DNA of 28,219 nucleotides, taken from the IMG/VR virus record IMGVR_UViG_3300045902_000486, positions 1 to 28,219 of that record. The stretch is one strand, 5' to 3'. Source of the stretch: a virus. Taxonomy: Duplodnaviria > Caudoviricetes. A program made the position numbers and the translations under genes. How positions within the stretch are numbered: the first letter of the stretch is position 1; each line of letters opens with the position of its first letter. Positions 7,141 to 15,514 of the stretch are shown piece after piece. The notes beneath the pieces are model-generated. The model was not told the origin of the DNA. It saw nothing but the letters and a program-made list of their open reading frames with translations, and did no database searches.

Positions 7141-7992
7141 ATGAATAACAGAGCATTTTTAAACAAACCGCTGCAAAATGATGATATATACATCAGTTCA
7201 GAGGTGCAGCCACTTGCAATAATTACCGGTATGCCGACCAGGAAAGGACTTGAAAAAGCCGTTATTTCTGCCGGTACTTTGGTAAATGTAGTTTCTAAAT
7301 CATACGCACATTTGCCGAATGAAAATTTCTTTCTTCATGCCGAAGAAGCTTTGATTAATGCGGAGATAAACTATAAAACCCGCAGTATTAACAGAGAAAA
7401 CCGCAGTTTTGCCGTTGATTATATTCTGGATGATGAAAACTACACGGTAACAGTGAAGAATGGCAAAGACAAAATAAAACCGATGTTGCGCTTTACTAAT
7501 TCCTATGATGGAAGCTGCCGAACTTCGGGCAGATTTGGCTTTTATCGTGAGGTTTGCAGTAATGGCTTACACGTTGCACATGCGCAAATCGGATTTTCTA
7601 TTAAACACAGGGGCGATATGTTGCGTGTGGTTATTCCTGAAATTCGGGCACTGGTTAATAAATTCATGGATAATGAATTTTATACGATAACCCGAAAATT
7701 TGAGAGAATGAGTGAAACCGAAATACACGACATCCCCGAAATTGTGAAAGGTATCGCAGAGCAGAGCGGACTTTTTAAGTTTGAGAAATCAGACCTAAAT
7801 CCCGACCCTTCATTAAATGCTCAACTTGTGATGCAGGTTATTGAGCGAGAGCAGGCACTACTTAACGAAGTGCCGAACAAGTGGCTTGTATATAATGCGT
7901 TCAATGAGTTGATACACGGCAAGTTGAAAATGACATTTGAAGCACAGCGAAAAGCAGACGCCAAAATTTTGCAACTGGTAGAAACCTACTAA
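7141..7992 (+). CDS. DUF932-family protein
   Basis: VNVVSKSYAHLPN and FTNSYDGS…FYREVCSNGL signatures; ATG 7141 preferred over 7096. Confidence 0.85.
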   Translation: MNNRAFLNKPLQNDDIYISSEVQPLAIITGMPTRKGLEKAVISAGTLVNVVSKSYAHLPNENFFLHAEEALINAEINYKTRSINRENRSFAVDYILDDENYTVTVKNGKDKIKPMLRFTNSYDGSCRTSGRFGFYREVCSNGLHVAHAQIGFSIKHRGDMLRVVIPEIRALVNKFMDNEFYTITRKFERMSETEIHDIPEIVKGIAEQSGLFKFEKSDLNPDPSLNAQLVMQVIEREQALLNEVPNKWLVYNAFNELIHGKLKMTFEAQRKADAKILQLVETY

Positions 7993-8014
7993 TATTTATA
8001 GGCTACCATATCGC

Positions 8015-8051
8015 AGGGCTATCCGTTTATACACGGGTAGCCCTTTTTTTT
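8015..8051 (+). terminator. Rho-independent terminator
   Basis: AGGGCTATCCGT-TTATAC-ACGGGTAGCCCT followed by a T run. Confidence 0.85.
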
Positions 8052-8055
8052 CGCG

Positions 8056-8082
8056 GCCACTTTCTTTTGAAAAGAAAGTGGC
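8056..8082. repeat. Perfect palindrome with 13-bp arms
   Basis: GCCACTTTCTTTT-G-AAAAGAAAGTGGC. Confidence 0.8.
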
Positions 8083-8148
8083 ATCAAAGAAAGTTTATGG
8101 CATTGTTGAGCGCAGGGGCGCGGGTGTCAGATTTATTTTATAAATGTA

Positions 8149-8178
8149 TTGACATTAATAAAAAAAGTATTATATTTG
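8149..8178 (+). promoter_or_regulatory. Consensus Bacteroidota sigma-A promoter
   Basis: TTGACA at 8149-8154 and TATATTTG (TAnnTTTG) at 8171-8178. Confidence 0.75.
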
Positions 8179-8235
8179 CATATCAATTAACAATTAAACC
8201 GGAGCGCCACCGGCCTAAAAACTGGCAGAAAAATC

Positions 8236-8604
8236 ATGACAACAGAAAAATTAAACCAAATTATTCAAGCTGCTATTGACAATGGCACAGCTCAGTATCT
8301 TACTACTGATCACATTGAAAATCTTAAAGGTAAACGTATCATCACTAAGTACTTTGGCTATCGTGGCCAAAATGGTGTTGATTCTTTTGTAGTAGACAAG
8401 GTAGTGCCTTGCCACACAACTTGGGCTAACCGGGATGAAGCCTACCATGCGAAAAAAGCTGCGGAAAATCCTCGTGAGTATCACAATAAGGTTACTATTA
8501 TCGGAGAAGGAGATTACCGCACCTGCATTAATGCGTATACAGATGAAGGTATATTCTGGTGCAGCGATTCTGATCGTTATGTTCAATTTGTGATTGCTGA
8601 ATAA
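8236..8604 (+). CDS. Hypothetical protein, first gene of the accessory operon
   Basis: 122 aa, AAAAATCATG start context. Confidence 0.8.
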   Translation: MTTEKLNQIIQAAIDNGTAQYLTTDHIENLKGKRIITKYFGYRGQNGVDSFVVDKVVPCHTTWANRDEAYHAKKAAENPREYHNKVTIIGEGDYRTCINAYTDEGIFWCSDSDRYVQFVIAE

Positions 8605-8605
8605 A

Positions 8606-8938
8606 ATGGGCGCAAAAATCAAATGTTACTCGGTGAGGCTGGATAGCCTCACCAGTATTTCCGAAAAGGCATACAAGGCAACTGCATTCGATGGCAGCAC
8701 AGCTATTATTCCTAAAAGTATGGTAATGGGTAAGGATTATGATGTTCAGAAATCTGATGCTTACTGGATTAGCTGTTGGATATTGGAGCAAAAAGAACTG
8801 CAATACAGTACCAAAAAAGAGGCTTGGTTTGATAGGGATAGCGGTAAAATGTTGCCTACTTACACAGTTGAGAAGCATGTTCCGGCTAAGGTTGAGGCCG
8901 TTGAAGTTCAGCCAAACGATTATTTAAAAAGAGACTAG
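8606..8938 (+). CDS. Hypothetical Bacteroidota phage protein (beta-rich)
   Basis: ATG 8606 immediately after the previous stop; CYSVRLDSL…SEKAYKA…DGSTAIIPKS…YWISCWIL. Confidence 0.8.
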   Translation: MGAKIKCYSVRLDSLTSISEKAYKATAFDGSTAIIPKSMVMGKDYDVQKSDAYWISCWILEQKELQYSTKKEAWFDRDSGKMLPTYTVEKHVPAKVEAVEVQPNDYLKRD

Positions 8939-8940
8939 TC

Positions 8941-9159
8941 ATGACCGAATATAAAATTGAAAAAAGAGTAATAGGAACAGAAAGCGTTAAAACAGTTTAC
9001 GATGGTATGTATTATAATGAAGCTGTAAAAACACTGGCACGCCTAAAGAGCAACTTTGCAGAACTGGTGATAGATACCAAGGAAGATTTTACTGCTGTAA
9101 ATAATGAATTTCCATTGGGTGTTAATTACAAGGTGGTCGCTTATGAATTTACTAGATAA
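8941..9159 (+). CDS. Hypothetical protein (72 aa)
   Basis: Tightly packed within the operon. Confidence 0.7.
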   Translation: MTEYKIEKRVIGTESVKTVYDGMYYNEAVKTLARLKSNFAELVIDTKEDFTAVNNEFPLGVNYKVVAYEFTR

Positions 9160-10345
9160 CCAACTAAACGCCATTACAAAGCTCCAACACCTAAAAGTTG
9201 GAGCCTTGTATATGGATCCTGGAACGGGTAAAACACTTACTGCGTGGAAGCTGGCCGAAAGTATTCCCGGCTTAAAATACGTGCTTTGGTTTACCCCATT
9301 TCAAAACAAAGCCAATCAGGCGCAAATGCTTGCTGAATATGGTGCACTAAACATTGATTTGGATATTGTTGGTATAGAAACCATAAGCAGCAGCGACCGC
9401 ACCTATTTAAACTTATACAAGAAGCTCGAAGAAAGCAATTGCAGTGTTATTGTAGTGGATGAAAGCCTAAAGATTAAAAACAACGATGCCAAACGAACCA
9501 AACGCATCATAGAGCTAGGTAAGCTTACCGAGTATCGGCTCGTTTTAAATGGCACACCTATAAGCAGAAACCTACTGGATGCCTGGGCACAGTTTGAGTT
9601 TCTTTCGCCTAAAATTCTAAACATGGGTTTTGCCGAGTTTAAAAACACGTTTTGCGAGTACACCCGAATAACCAAGCGATTTGGAAGCTATAAACAGTAC
9701 ACTAAGGAGTTTATTACCAAGTACCACAATGTAGATTATTTATACTCCTTAATTCAGCCTTATGTGTTTGAGTGCGACCTTAGCCTTGAAGTTGGTAAAC
9801 AATACATTGACATTGACTTTAACCTGGATAAAGAAACCAGTGAGGAGTATTACCGGCTAAAAGAGGAGTACCTAGACAACGAGAAGCTGCAATACATGAA
9901 CAACAACATCTTTTTGGAGCTAACCCAAAAGATGCAACACCTTTACACCAACAGCAGCGAGAAGTTTGAGATACTGGATAAATTCCTCAAAGAAACCGAT
10001 CGAAACAAGGTGCTCATATTCCGCAAATACCTAAGCGCTGAAGCTGAACTAAAAAAGCGTTACCCGGATGTGCGTGTTTTATCTATCCAATCCGAAAGCC
10101 TTGGCTTGAACCTACAAGACTACGATACCATCATTATTTGGGATAAGGTATGGGATTACGCCCTCATAAAGCAAATGGAGCACCGTATATGGCGCATCGG
10201 GCAACAGGCTGAACATTGCCGATTTGTAAACCTGAATGGCAATGTTGGCCTCGAACGCCTTATTATTGACAACATCAACAAAAAACAAAACCTACTCACG
10301 TATTTTAAAACCAAAGCTTTGAAGGAGGCAATAAAAGAATTATGA
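9143..10345 (+). CDS. SNF2-like SF2 helicase/ATPase (compact)
   Basis: Motif I MDPGTGKT, II VVDES, III LNGTP, V LGLNLQ, VI QMEHRIWRIGQ; ATG 9143 preferred. Confidence 0.9.
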   Translation: MNLLDNQLNAITKLQHLKVGALYMDPGTGKTLTAWKLAESIPGLKYVLWFTPFQNKANQAQMLAEYGALNIDLDIVGIETISSSDRTYLNLYKKLEESNCSVIVVDESLKIKNNDAKRTKRIIELGKLTEYRLVLNGTPISRNLLDAWAQFEFLSPKILNMGFAEFKNTFCEYTRITKRFGSYKQYTKEFITKYHNVDYLYSLIQPYVFECDLSLEVGKQYIDIDFNLDKETSEEYYRLKEEYLDNEKLQYMNNNIFLELTQKMQHLYTNSSEKFEILDKFLKETDRNKVLIFRKYLSAEAELKKRYPDVRVLSIQSESLGLNLQDYDTIIIWDKVWDYALIKQMEHRIWRIGQQAEHCRFVNLNGNVGLERLIIDNINKKQNLLTYFKTKALKEAIKEL

Positions 10346-11319
10346 GAGCCAAACCACCAGCTAAATTGTATAATAAAGACAAATCTGTATTAGATGCAGC
10401 TTATGAGCGCATAAAATTGGTTTTTGACCGATATACAGACGAAAAGATATTTGTTAATTTCTCAGGCGGGAAAGATTCTACCTGTGTTTTATTCCTATGT
10501 TTTAAATATGCTGAAAAACACAACCGAAAATTCAACATAATATTTATTGATCAGGAAATTGAAAACATTACCACCATCCATTACATTGAGTCAATACGTG
10601 AAAAATATAAAGAGCAATACCTTAAATTTTATTGGGTTTGCCCACGTATGTGGCGTAAGGTTACCTTTTTGGATGATAAAGTAATTGAAGTATGGGCAAA
10701 TGATGAGAGTAAAAATGTAAGGCCGTTGCCAGCGGATTGCTTTCATCATGACATGACTATGAAGATGCCGAAAAAAAGCAGCTTAATTCGGAAAATATCA
10801 GCATCTTTTTATGCCGAACAAAAGCTAAATGGCTGTGCGTTTTTGCTTGGTTTAAGAGCGCAAGAAAGTCTGCGTAGATATGTTGCTGTAACATCTCGCG
10901 ATGGTATTAGTGGAATACCATGGAGTAGTAAAGGCACTGGTTCTCGAAACTTTAACTTCTATCCTATTTATGATTGGTACGATAAGGATGATTGGAAATT
11001 TATTGCCGACAACAATATCCCATATAACCCAATTTACGATATGTACTATCAAAAGAATATGCCCGTGCAGGAGATGCGAACGGCATCAATCCTAAATGTG
11101 AATGCCCTTAAAAAGATTGAACTTATCAAAGAGGTTGATATCGCCTATTACGATATGATTATTCGCAAAATTGCTGATATAGCAATTATGGAAGATAAAG
11201 AAATTCGTGTTCAAAAAATTGCCAAGGCAAAGGCCATTAAAAAAAGAGGAGCCAGCAAAGATCATAACATGAAACATTTTAATAGGCTTAAAGAAGAACT
11301 AAAAGCAAACGAATTATGA
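10342..11319 (+). CDS. PAPS-reductase-family PP-loop protein (IbrA-like)
   Basis: PP-loop FSGGKDS, FIDQE, LLGLRAQESLRR, YPIYDW…DDW…YNPIYD and EMR motifs. Confidence 0.88.
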   Translation: MRAKPPAKLYNKDKSVLDAAYERIKLVFDRYTDEKIFVNFSGGKDSTCVLFLCFKYAEKHNRKFNIIFIDQEIENITTIHYIESIREKYKEQYLKFYWVCPRMWRKVTFLDDKVIEVWANDESKNVRPLPADCFHHDMTMKMPKKSSLIRKISASFYAEQKLNGCAFLLGLRAQESLRRYVAVTSRDGISGIPWSSKGTGSRNFNFYPIYDWYDKDDWKFIADNNIPYNPIYDMYYQKNMPVQEMRTASILNVNALKKIELIKEVDIAYYDMIIRKIADIAIMEDKEIRVQKIAKAKAIKKRGASKDHNMKHFNRLKEELKANEL

Positions 11320-11861
11320 AAATAGAATTCCCATGTTTAAATGTAAGGTTAGTGCCAATTGCTAAGGTACAACCTAATGGCTATAACCCTAATAAAATGG
11401 AAGCCAAAATGTTTAGGTTGCTAAAAAAAAGTATTACCGAAGATGGATTGACCATGCCAATTGTTACTTATTACGATGCTGTAAATGATATTTATGAAAT
11501 CGTGGATGGGTTTCATCGTTACTCAGTATTGCTAAAAATGAAGATACAAGAAATCCCTGTTTCTGTTATTGAAAAGCCTATTGAAGAGAGAATGATGAGC
11601 ACCATACGGCACAACAAAGCAAAAGGCACACATCAGCTAAAGCTTGTTAGCAACATATTTAATAAGCTATTAGAAAAAAAAGAAATGGCCGATGTTGCCG
11701 ATGGAATAGGTGCAGAAGCTGAAGAAGTTGTTATTTACCGAAAAGGAGGCATTTTGAAAGATGAGTTTAAAGATTTAAAACATTCAAACAGTTGGGAGCG
11801 TAATCCAGACGATAAAATTTTATACACTAAAAAGAAATACGATGAATACGAAGAACAATAA
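11316..11861 (+). CDS. ParB/Srx-like protein (IbrB-like)
   Basis: PNGYNPNKM, SITEDGLTMPIV, EIVDGFHRY and STIRHNKAKGTH motifs. Confidence 0.88.
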   Translation: MKIEFPCLNVRLVPIAKVQPNGYNPNKMEAKMFRLLKKSITEDGLTMPIVTYYDAVNDIYEIVDGFHRYSVLLKMKIQEIPVSVIEKPIEERMMSTIRHNKAKGTHQLKLVSNIFNKLLEKKEMADVADGIGAEAEEVVIYRKGGILKDEFKDLKHSNSWERNPDDKILYTKKKYDEYEEQ

Positions 11862-12198
11862 ACCACCCGCTTTCCTCCTATGCGAGAACCCAATGATTGA
11901 CAAATCTGATGGCAGATTGTTTATCCTACACAACCGTGAGCCTCGTTTATTGGCAGAAGTTCACCACTTTGAAGATTTATCCGAAAATCAAATTTTATCA
12001 ATACAGATGGATTGGGCTGTTTATCAAAGATTAGATTACCATCCTGAAACAATTTTTTTTGTGCCTATCTGGTTTGATGATATTGAACTTCAAAAAACAG
12101 ATGTTAGCATTCTAACTGATAAAATGACGGGTGCTCTTCGCAGAATGGCCGACTGGTATAAAGCCTATTTAATTTGGGAGGATAGTCAAGATGAATAA
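11842..12198 (+). CDS. Hypothetical Bacteroidota protein
   Basis: FLLCENP…FILHNREP…LRRMADWYKAYLIWED; overlaps both neighbours. Confidence 0.75.
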   Translation: MNTKNNKPPAFLLCENPMIDKSDGRLFILHNREPRLLAEVHHFEDLSENQILSIQMDWAVYQRLDYHPETIFFVPIWFDDIELQKTDVSILTDKMTGALRRMADWYKAYLIWEDSQDE

Positions 12199-12379
12199 AC
12201 CACACGGATTGAAAGGCAAAGTAAATAACCCGGAAGGCAAGCCGTCAAAACATGGTCCAACGGAAATGGTCAGCAAAAGACTACCGGTTGACCTGATGGA
12301 GCGAGTCCGTTCACGCACTAGTAATGTTACCGAATTTATAAGACAGGCTCTCGAAGCCAAACTACAAAAGCCCGATTAA
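12191..12379 (+). CDS. Ribbon-helix-helix DNA-binding protein
   Basis: MVSKRLPVDLMERV…NVTEFIRQALEAKL fits the CopG/Arc RHH pattern. Confidence 0.75.
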   Translation: MNKPHGLKGKVNNPEGKPSKHGPTEMVSKRLPVDLMERVRSRTSNVTEFIRQALEAKLQKPD

Positions 12380-12391
12380 TCGGGCTTTTTT
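12366..12391 (+). terminator. Rho-independent terminator closing the accessory operon
   Basis: AAAAGCCCGATTAATCGGGCTTTTTT. Confidence 0.85.
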
Positions 12392-12393
12392 GT

Positions 12394-12429
12394 TGTCCTT
12401 TATAAGGAACCTTACCATACCGAAATTCG
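12394..12429 (+). promoter_or_regulatory. Putative phage late promoter, copy 3
   Basis: TGTCCTTTA-N18-CGAAATTCG, ATG at 12436. Confidence 0.6.
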
Positions 12430-12435
12430 CTATTG

Positions 12436-12801
12436 ATGGTTAAGCCAATAGTGGAATTAAAGCAAGTACTGTCCGACATGGAAAGGCTCGACAGGTACGG
12501 AAAGCCCGTGCCTTTCGATATTGTTTTTAAAACTGCCAATGACAAACTCAATACCGGTGGCGATACCATCACACTAAAACAGGTACGCCTGGCATTTGTA
12601 ACCAAAACTGGCAACCGCACGCTCAACCCCAAAAACATGATAGCCCGCAATGAGGCCATGCTGAAACAAGGCCGTGCGCCACAACATGTGAAAAATGGCA
12701 CCATCAATATGGTGGATGAAGCCGGAAACATTACAAAATGCCATATCTGGCTTATCGATGAATTTAATGGTAAAACAGTAAAGTGGCACGTACATGGATA
12801 A
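12436..12801 (+). CDS. Hypothetical phage protein preceding the portal
   Basis: PFDIVFKTAN…TGG…HIWLIDEFNG pattern; overlaps the portal start. Confidence 0.75.
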   Translation: MVKPIVELKQVLSDMERLDRYGKPVPFDIVFKTANDKLNTGGDTITLKQVRLAFVTKTGNRTLNPKNMIARNEAMLKQGRAPQHVKNGTINMVDEAGNITKCHIWLIDEFNGKTVKWHVHG

Positions 12802-14161
12802 GAAGAATATTGTAAAACAGGGCAATAAAACAACCTTTTTCACAGCAGGCGCTCCGGCAGTATATAGCACCCATGCAATAAAAAGCAGCGCAGTGGCTAA
12901 AGCCAAAACAGCAGAAACCGATGCAAAAACCATAAAGGATCTGCTTGACCCTGATAAGGCTACAAATACTAATGAATGGATTCCCTGGGGCGATAATGAC
13001 AGTTTTCCCGACCTGCTTTTAAACAAACTATCGTTGCTGGGTGTGGGCCGTGCTGCCCTTTCAACCAATGCTGACCTACACTATGGGTTAGGGGTTAAAT
13101 GGTGGAAGGATGAATACACCGATACCGGTAAGCGGGTATCGAAGCTTATAAAGTTTGATGATTGGGTAAGACTGGAGCGCGATGAAAATATTGAATTGGA
13201 AATAGCTCAGGCAGTTGACAGCTGTGAGCATTTTTATATCGCCTTTGTTCAGTTTATGTGGAATAAAGGCAAAACCCGGATAAACTGGGTACGCACGCTC
13301 AACACACCATTTGTGCGACTGCACAAGCAAGATACCAGTGGCACAATCAAAAAAATACGCTATTCAGCAAAATTTCCTGTTGTACCAGGCACCGGTGAAT
13401 ATCAGGATATTGATGTTTACTCATTCTACCATAAAGGTGTTGATCCCAAAGAGTTTGACACATTTGTATTGCCAATTACATACGGCAGCTGGGGTAAACT
13501 CTTTTATCCGGAGCCTGATTATTACGCTGTATTCCGTAATAAGTGGGTTGACATTGCCATTGGTGTACCTGCACTCATCAATGCCATTTACGAAAACTTT
13601 GCCACCCTCAAATACCACATCCGCATTCCTAAAGAGTATTTCATCAGTAAATACAAAGATTGGGAGCAAAAAACTGAGGAGCAACAAATCGAAATTTTTG
13701 AGGAAGAACAAATCAAAATGAACACTTTCCTAACCGGGAAAGAAAATGCAGGTAAAGCCTTTATCACAATCTATGGTATTGATGAGAACGGCAATGAAAT
13801 ACCCGGATGGGAAATTGAACCAATTAAGAATTATTTGGAAGCTACTGCAGAGCTGCCAAACAACTCAGCTGCCAATAGCGAAATTTTATTCGCCATGTCG
13901 CTCGATCCTTCGTTGCTCGGTTTTGGTATTCCTGGTGGAAAGGATTTGAGCGGCAGTGGCAGCGACAAACGCCAAGCAAGAAGCAATAAGGTCGCAAACC
14001 TCAAACGCGAGAGGCTGGTAACCCTGCAGATAGCTAAAATGATAGGGAAGTTAAACGGTTATTATACCATAGAACCTGATGCATACCCTGATTTCTTAAG
14101 CAGCGATACATCACAAACTCTTGATCAAAATCCAACCGGCAGCCAAACTATTAAGCAATGA
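12794..14161 (+). CDS. Portal protein
   Basis: 455 aa; IPWGDNDSFP, FYPEPDY, KYHIRIP, FLTGKENAGK and SGSDKR motifs of Bacteroidota phage portals. Confidence 0.8.
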   Translation: MDKKNIVKQGNKTTFFTAGAPAVYSTHAIKSSAVAKAKTAETDAKTIKDLLDPDKATNTNEWIPWGDNDSFPDLLLNKLSLLGVGRAALSTNADLHYGLGVKWWKDEYTDTGKRVSKLIKFDDWVRLERDENIELEIAQAVDSCEHFYIAFVQFMWNKGKTRINWVRTLNTPFVRLHKQDTSGTIKKIRYSAKFPVVPGTGEYQDIDVYSFYHKGVDPKEFDTFVLPITYGSWGKLFYPEPDYYAVFRNKWVDIAIGVPALINAIYENFATLKYHIRIPKEYFISKYKDWEQKTEEQQIEIFEEEQIKMNTFLTGKENAGKAFITIYGIDENGNEIPGWEIEPIKNYLEATAELPNNSAANSEILFAMSLDPSLLGFGIPGGKDLSGSGSDKRQARSNKVANLKRERLVTLQIAKMIGKLNGYYTIEPDAYPDFLSSDTSQTLDQNPTGSQTIKQ

Positions 14162-15168
14162 TTATTACTACCATAGAAGAATTAAAGGCCGCATTTAGCG
14201 CTCCAAACGTAAATAATGACGTTACGGGTATTCAGTCTTATTTAAAACTGGCAGAGTCGTTTATTATGCCATACATCAGCCGTGATCAGTGGGATGCTTT
14301 GGTTGAGTATTACAATGAAGGCAACACTCCTGATACTCCCAATGAGTATTTTGATAAACTGCTTTCAGCTGCACGTATCCCATTGGTCCACTATGCTTAT
14401 TACCTCTATGCCGATGATGGCGACATGAACATATCGGACAAAGGCTTTACTAGGTTTGAAACCTCTGATGAGAAAACACCATACGCGACACAGATGCGTA
14501 GGTTTAAACGTGCAAGGTTGCGTGATGCGTGGCAAGGTATGCACGACATGCTTATGCTGCTTAATGGTAATATGAGCGAATTTCAAGATTGGGCAGGCAG
14601 TGAGGAATATGCCGAGTTAAAGAAATCGTTCATATGGAATGTAGAGCAATTCCGAAAGTACAGAAAAATTGAAGGCATGCGTACACTGGATGCTATTCGT
14701 CCATCGCTGAGAAACATTCAGGAAGATTTGATACAGGCAAATATTGGACATGATTTGTATGAGCAACTGCTAGATGAATGTTTTGAAGATGAATACAGCG
14801 AGGATAATCTTAAAATACTGCCTTACATCTACAAATCAATGGCTCACTTATCCATTGCAAATTGTATCGATGAAAACATCATCGAATTCAATGAGAATGG
14901 TGCCAGTTTAATATCATTCGAAGGTGCGCAAACCGGTGCCGGTGATAAGCAAAACCCTGCCGACTTTAGCAGCCTGCAATTCATCAAAGATGAAGCATTG
15001 AAAAAAGGGCATGCCGCTATGAAACAATTGCGTGACTACCTGAATGCAAATGCATCTGCTGATAAGTATACAGCATACTTCGAATCGGATTTATACCTAG
15101 ATCCTAACGACAGTACCAAAACCACAACATTTAAAAATAAATCAGGAGGAACATTTTTTGGCGTATGA
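14158..15168 (+). CDS. DUF6712-like protein (putative head-tail connector)
   Basis: Two internal helical repeats (AESFIMPYI…/IQEDLIQANIG…); directly follows the portal. Confidence 0.65.
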   Translation: MIITTIEELKAAFSAPNVNNDVTGIQSYLKLAESFIMPYISRDQWDALVEYYNEGNTPDTPNEYFDKLLSAARIPLVHYAYYLYADDGDMNISDKGFTRFETSDEKTPYATQMRRFKRARLRDAWQGMHDMLMLLNGNMSEFQDWAGSEEYAELKKSFIWNVEQFRKYRKIEGMRTLDAIRPSLRNIQEDLIQANIGHDLYEQLLDECFEDEYSEDNLKILPYIYKSMAHLSIANCIDENIIEFNENGASLISFEGAQTGAGDKQNPADFSSLQFIKDEALKKGHAAMKQLRDYLNANASADKYTAYFESDLYLDPNDSTKTTTFKNKSGGTFFGV

Positions 15169-15320
15169 AACACGGAGACACACTATCAGCAATTAGCATT
15201 TGGATATTCACAATAATAGGTTGGGCAGCGAAGCTTATCCCACTATTGCAAGTGCTAAGCTTAACACTGGCAATTTTCGTTTCAATTTTAGCAATCATTA
15301 GACACTTCACAAAAAAATGA
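15165..15320 (+). CDS. Small membrane protein (51 aa), holin/antiholin candidate, absent from the ORF track
   Basis: MKHGDTLSAISIWIFTIIGWAAKLIPLLQVLSLTLAIFVSILAIIRHFTKK; ATGA-coupled at both ends; hydrophobic with a basic tail. Confidence 0.75.
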   Translation: MKHGDTLSAISIWIFTIIGWAAKLIPLLQVLSLTLAIFVSILAIIRHFTKK

Positions 15321-15514
15321 ATAAAAGCACATTATCAACGATAATAGGCCTTGTAGTTGCTATTGCAAACGCATGGGTTAATGTAGACTGGGATAATTTT
15401 ATGTGGAATACACAGCACATAGCTCCTCTTGTGGTATCAGGCTTGATAGCACTTGGTGGTTATATGACCAAAATTGAGAACCCCGTTAAAAAAAAGAACA
15501 ATGAGAGCAATTAA
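15317..15514 (+). CDS. Putative holin (2 TM)
   Basis: 65 aa, two hydrophobic segments, charged C-terminus, directly upstream of the endolysin. Confidence 0.65.
   Translation: MNKSTLSTIIGLVVAIANAWVNVDWDNFMWNTQHIAPLVVSGLIALGGYMTKIENPVKKKNNESN

Noticed and set aside
8067-8279. 70-aa ORF from the track
   Set aside because: TTG start inside a palindrome; overlaps a clear promoter and the real gene start
10342-11319. Sulfate-assimilation cysH or a complete Dnd/Ssp phosphorothioation system
   Set aside because: No cys genes, no recognisable DndA/D/E or SspB/C, and no Fe-S cysteine motif; the context fits an IbrA/IbrB-like pair
11316-11861. Plasmid-prophage partitioning ParB
   Set aside because: No ParA nearby, an IbrB-type signature, and the element has an integrase at a tRNA
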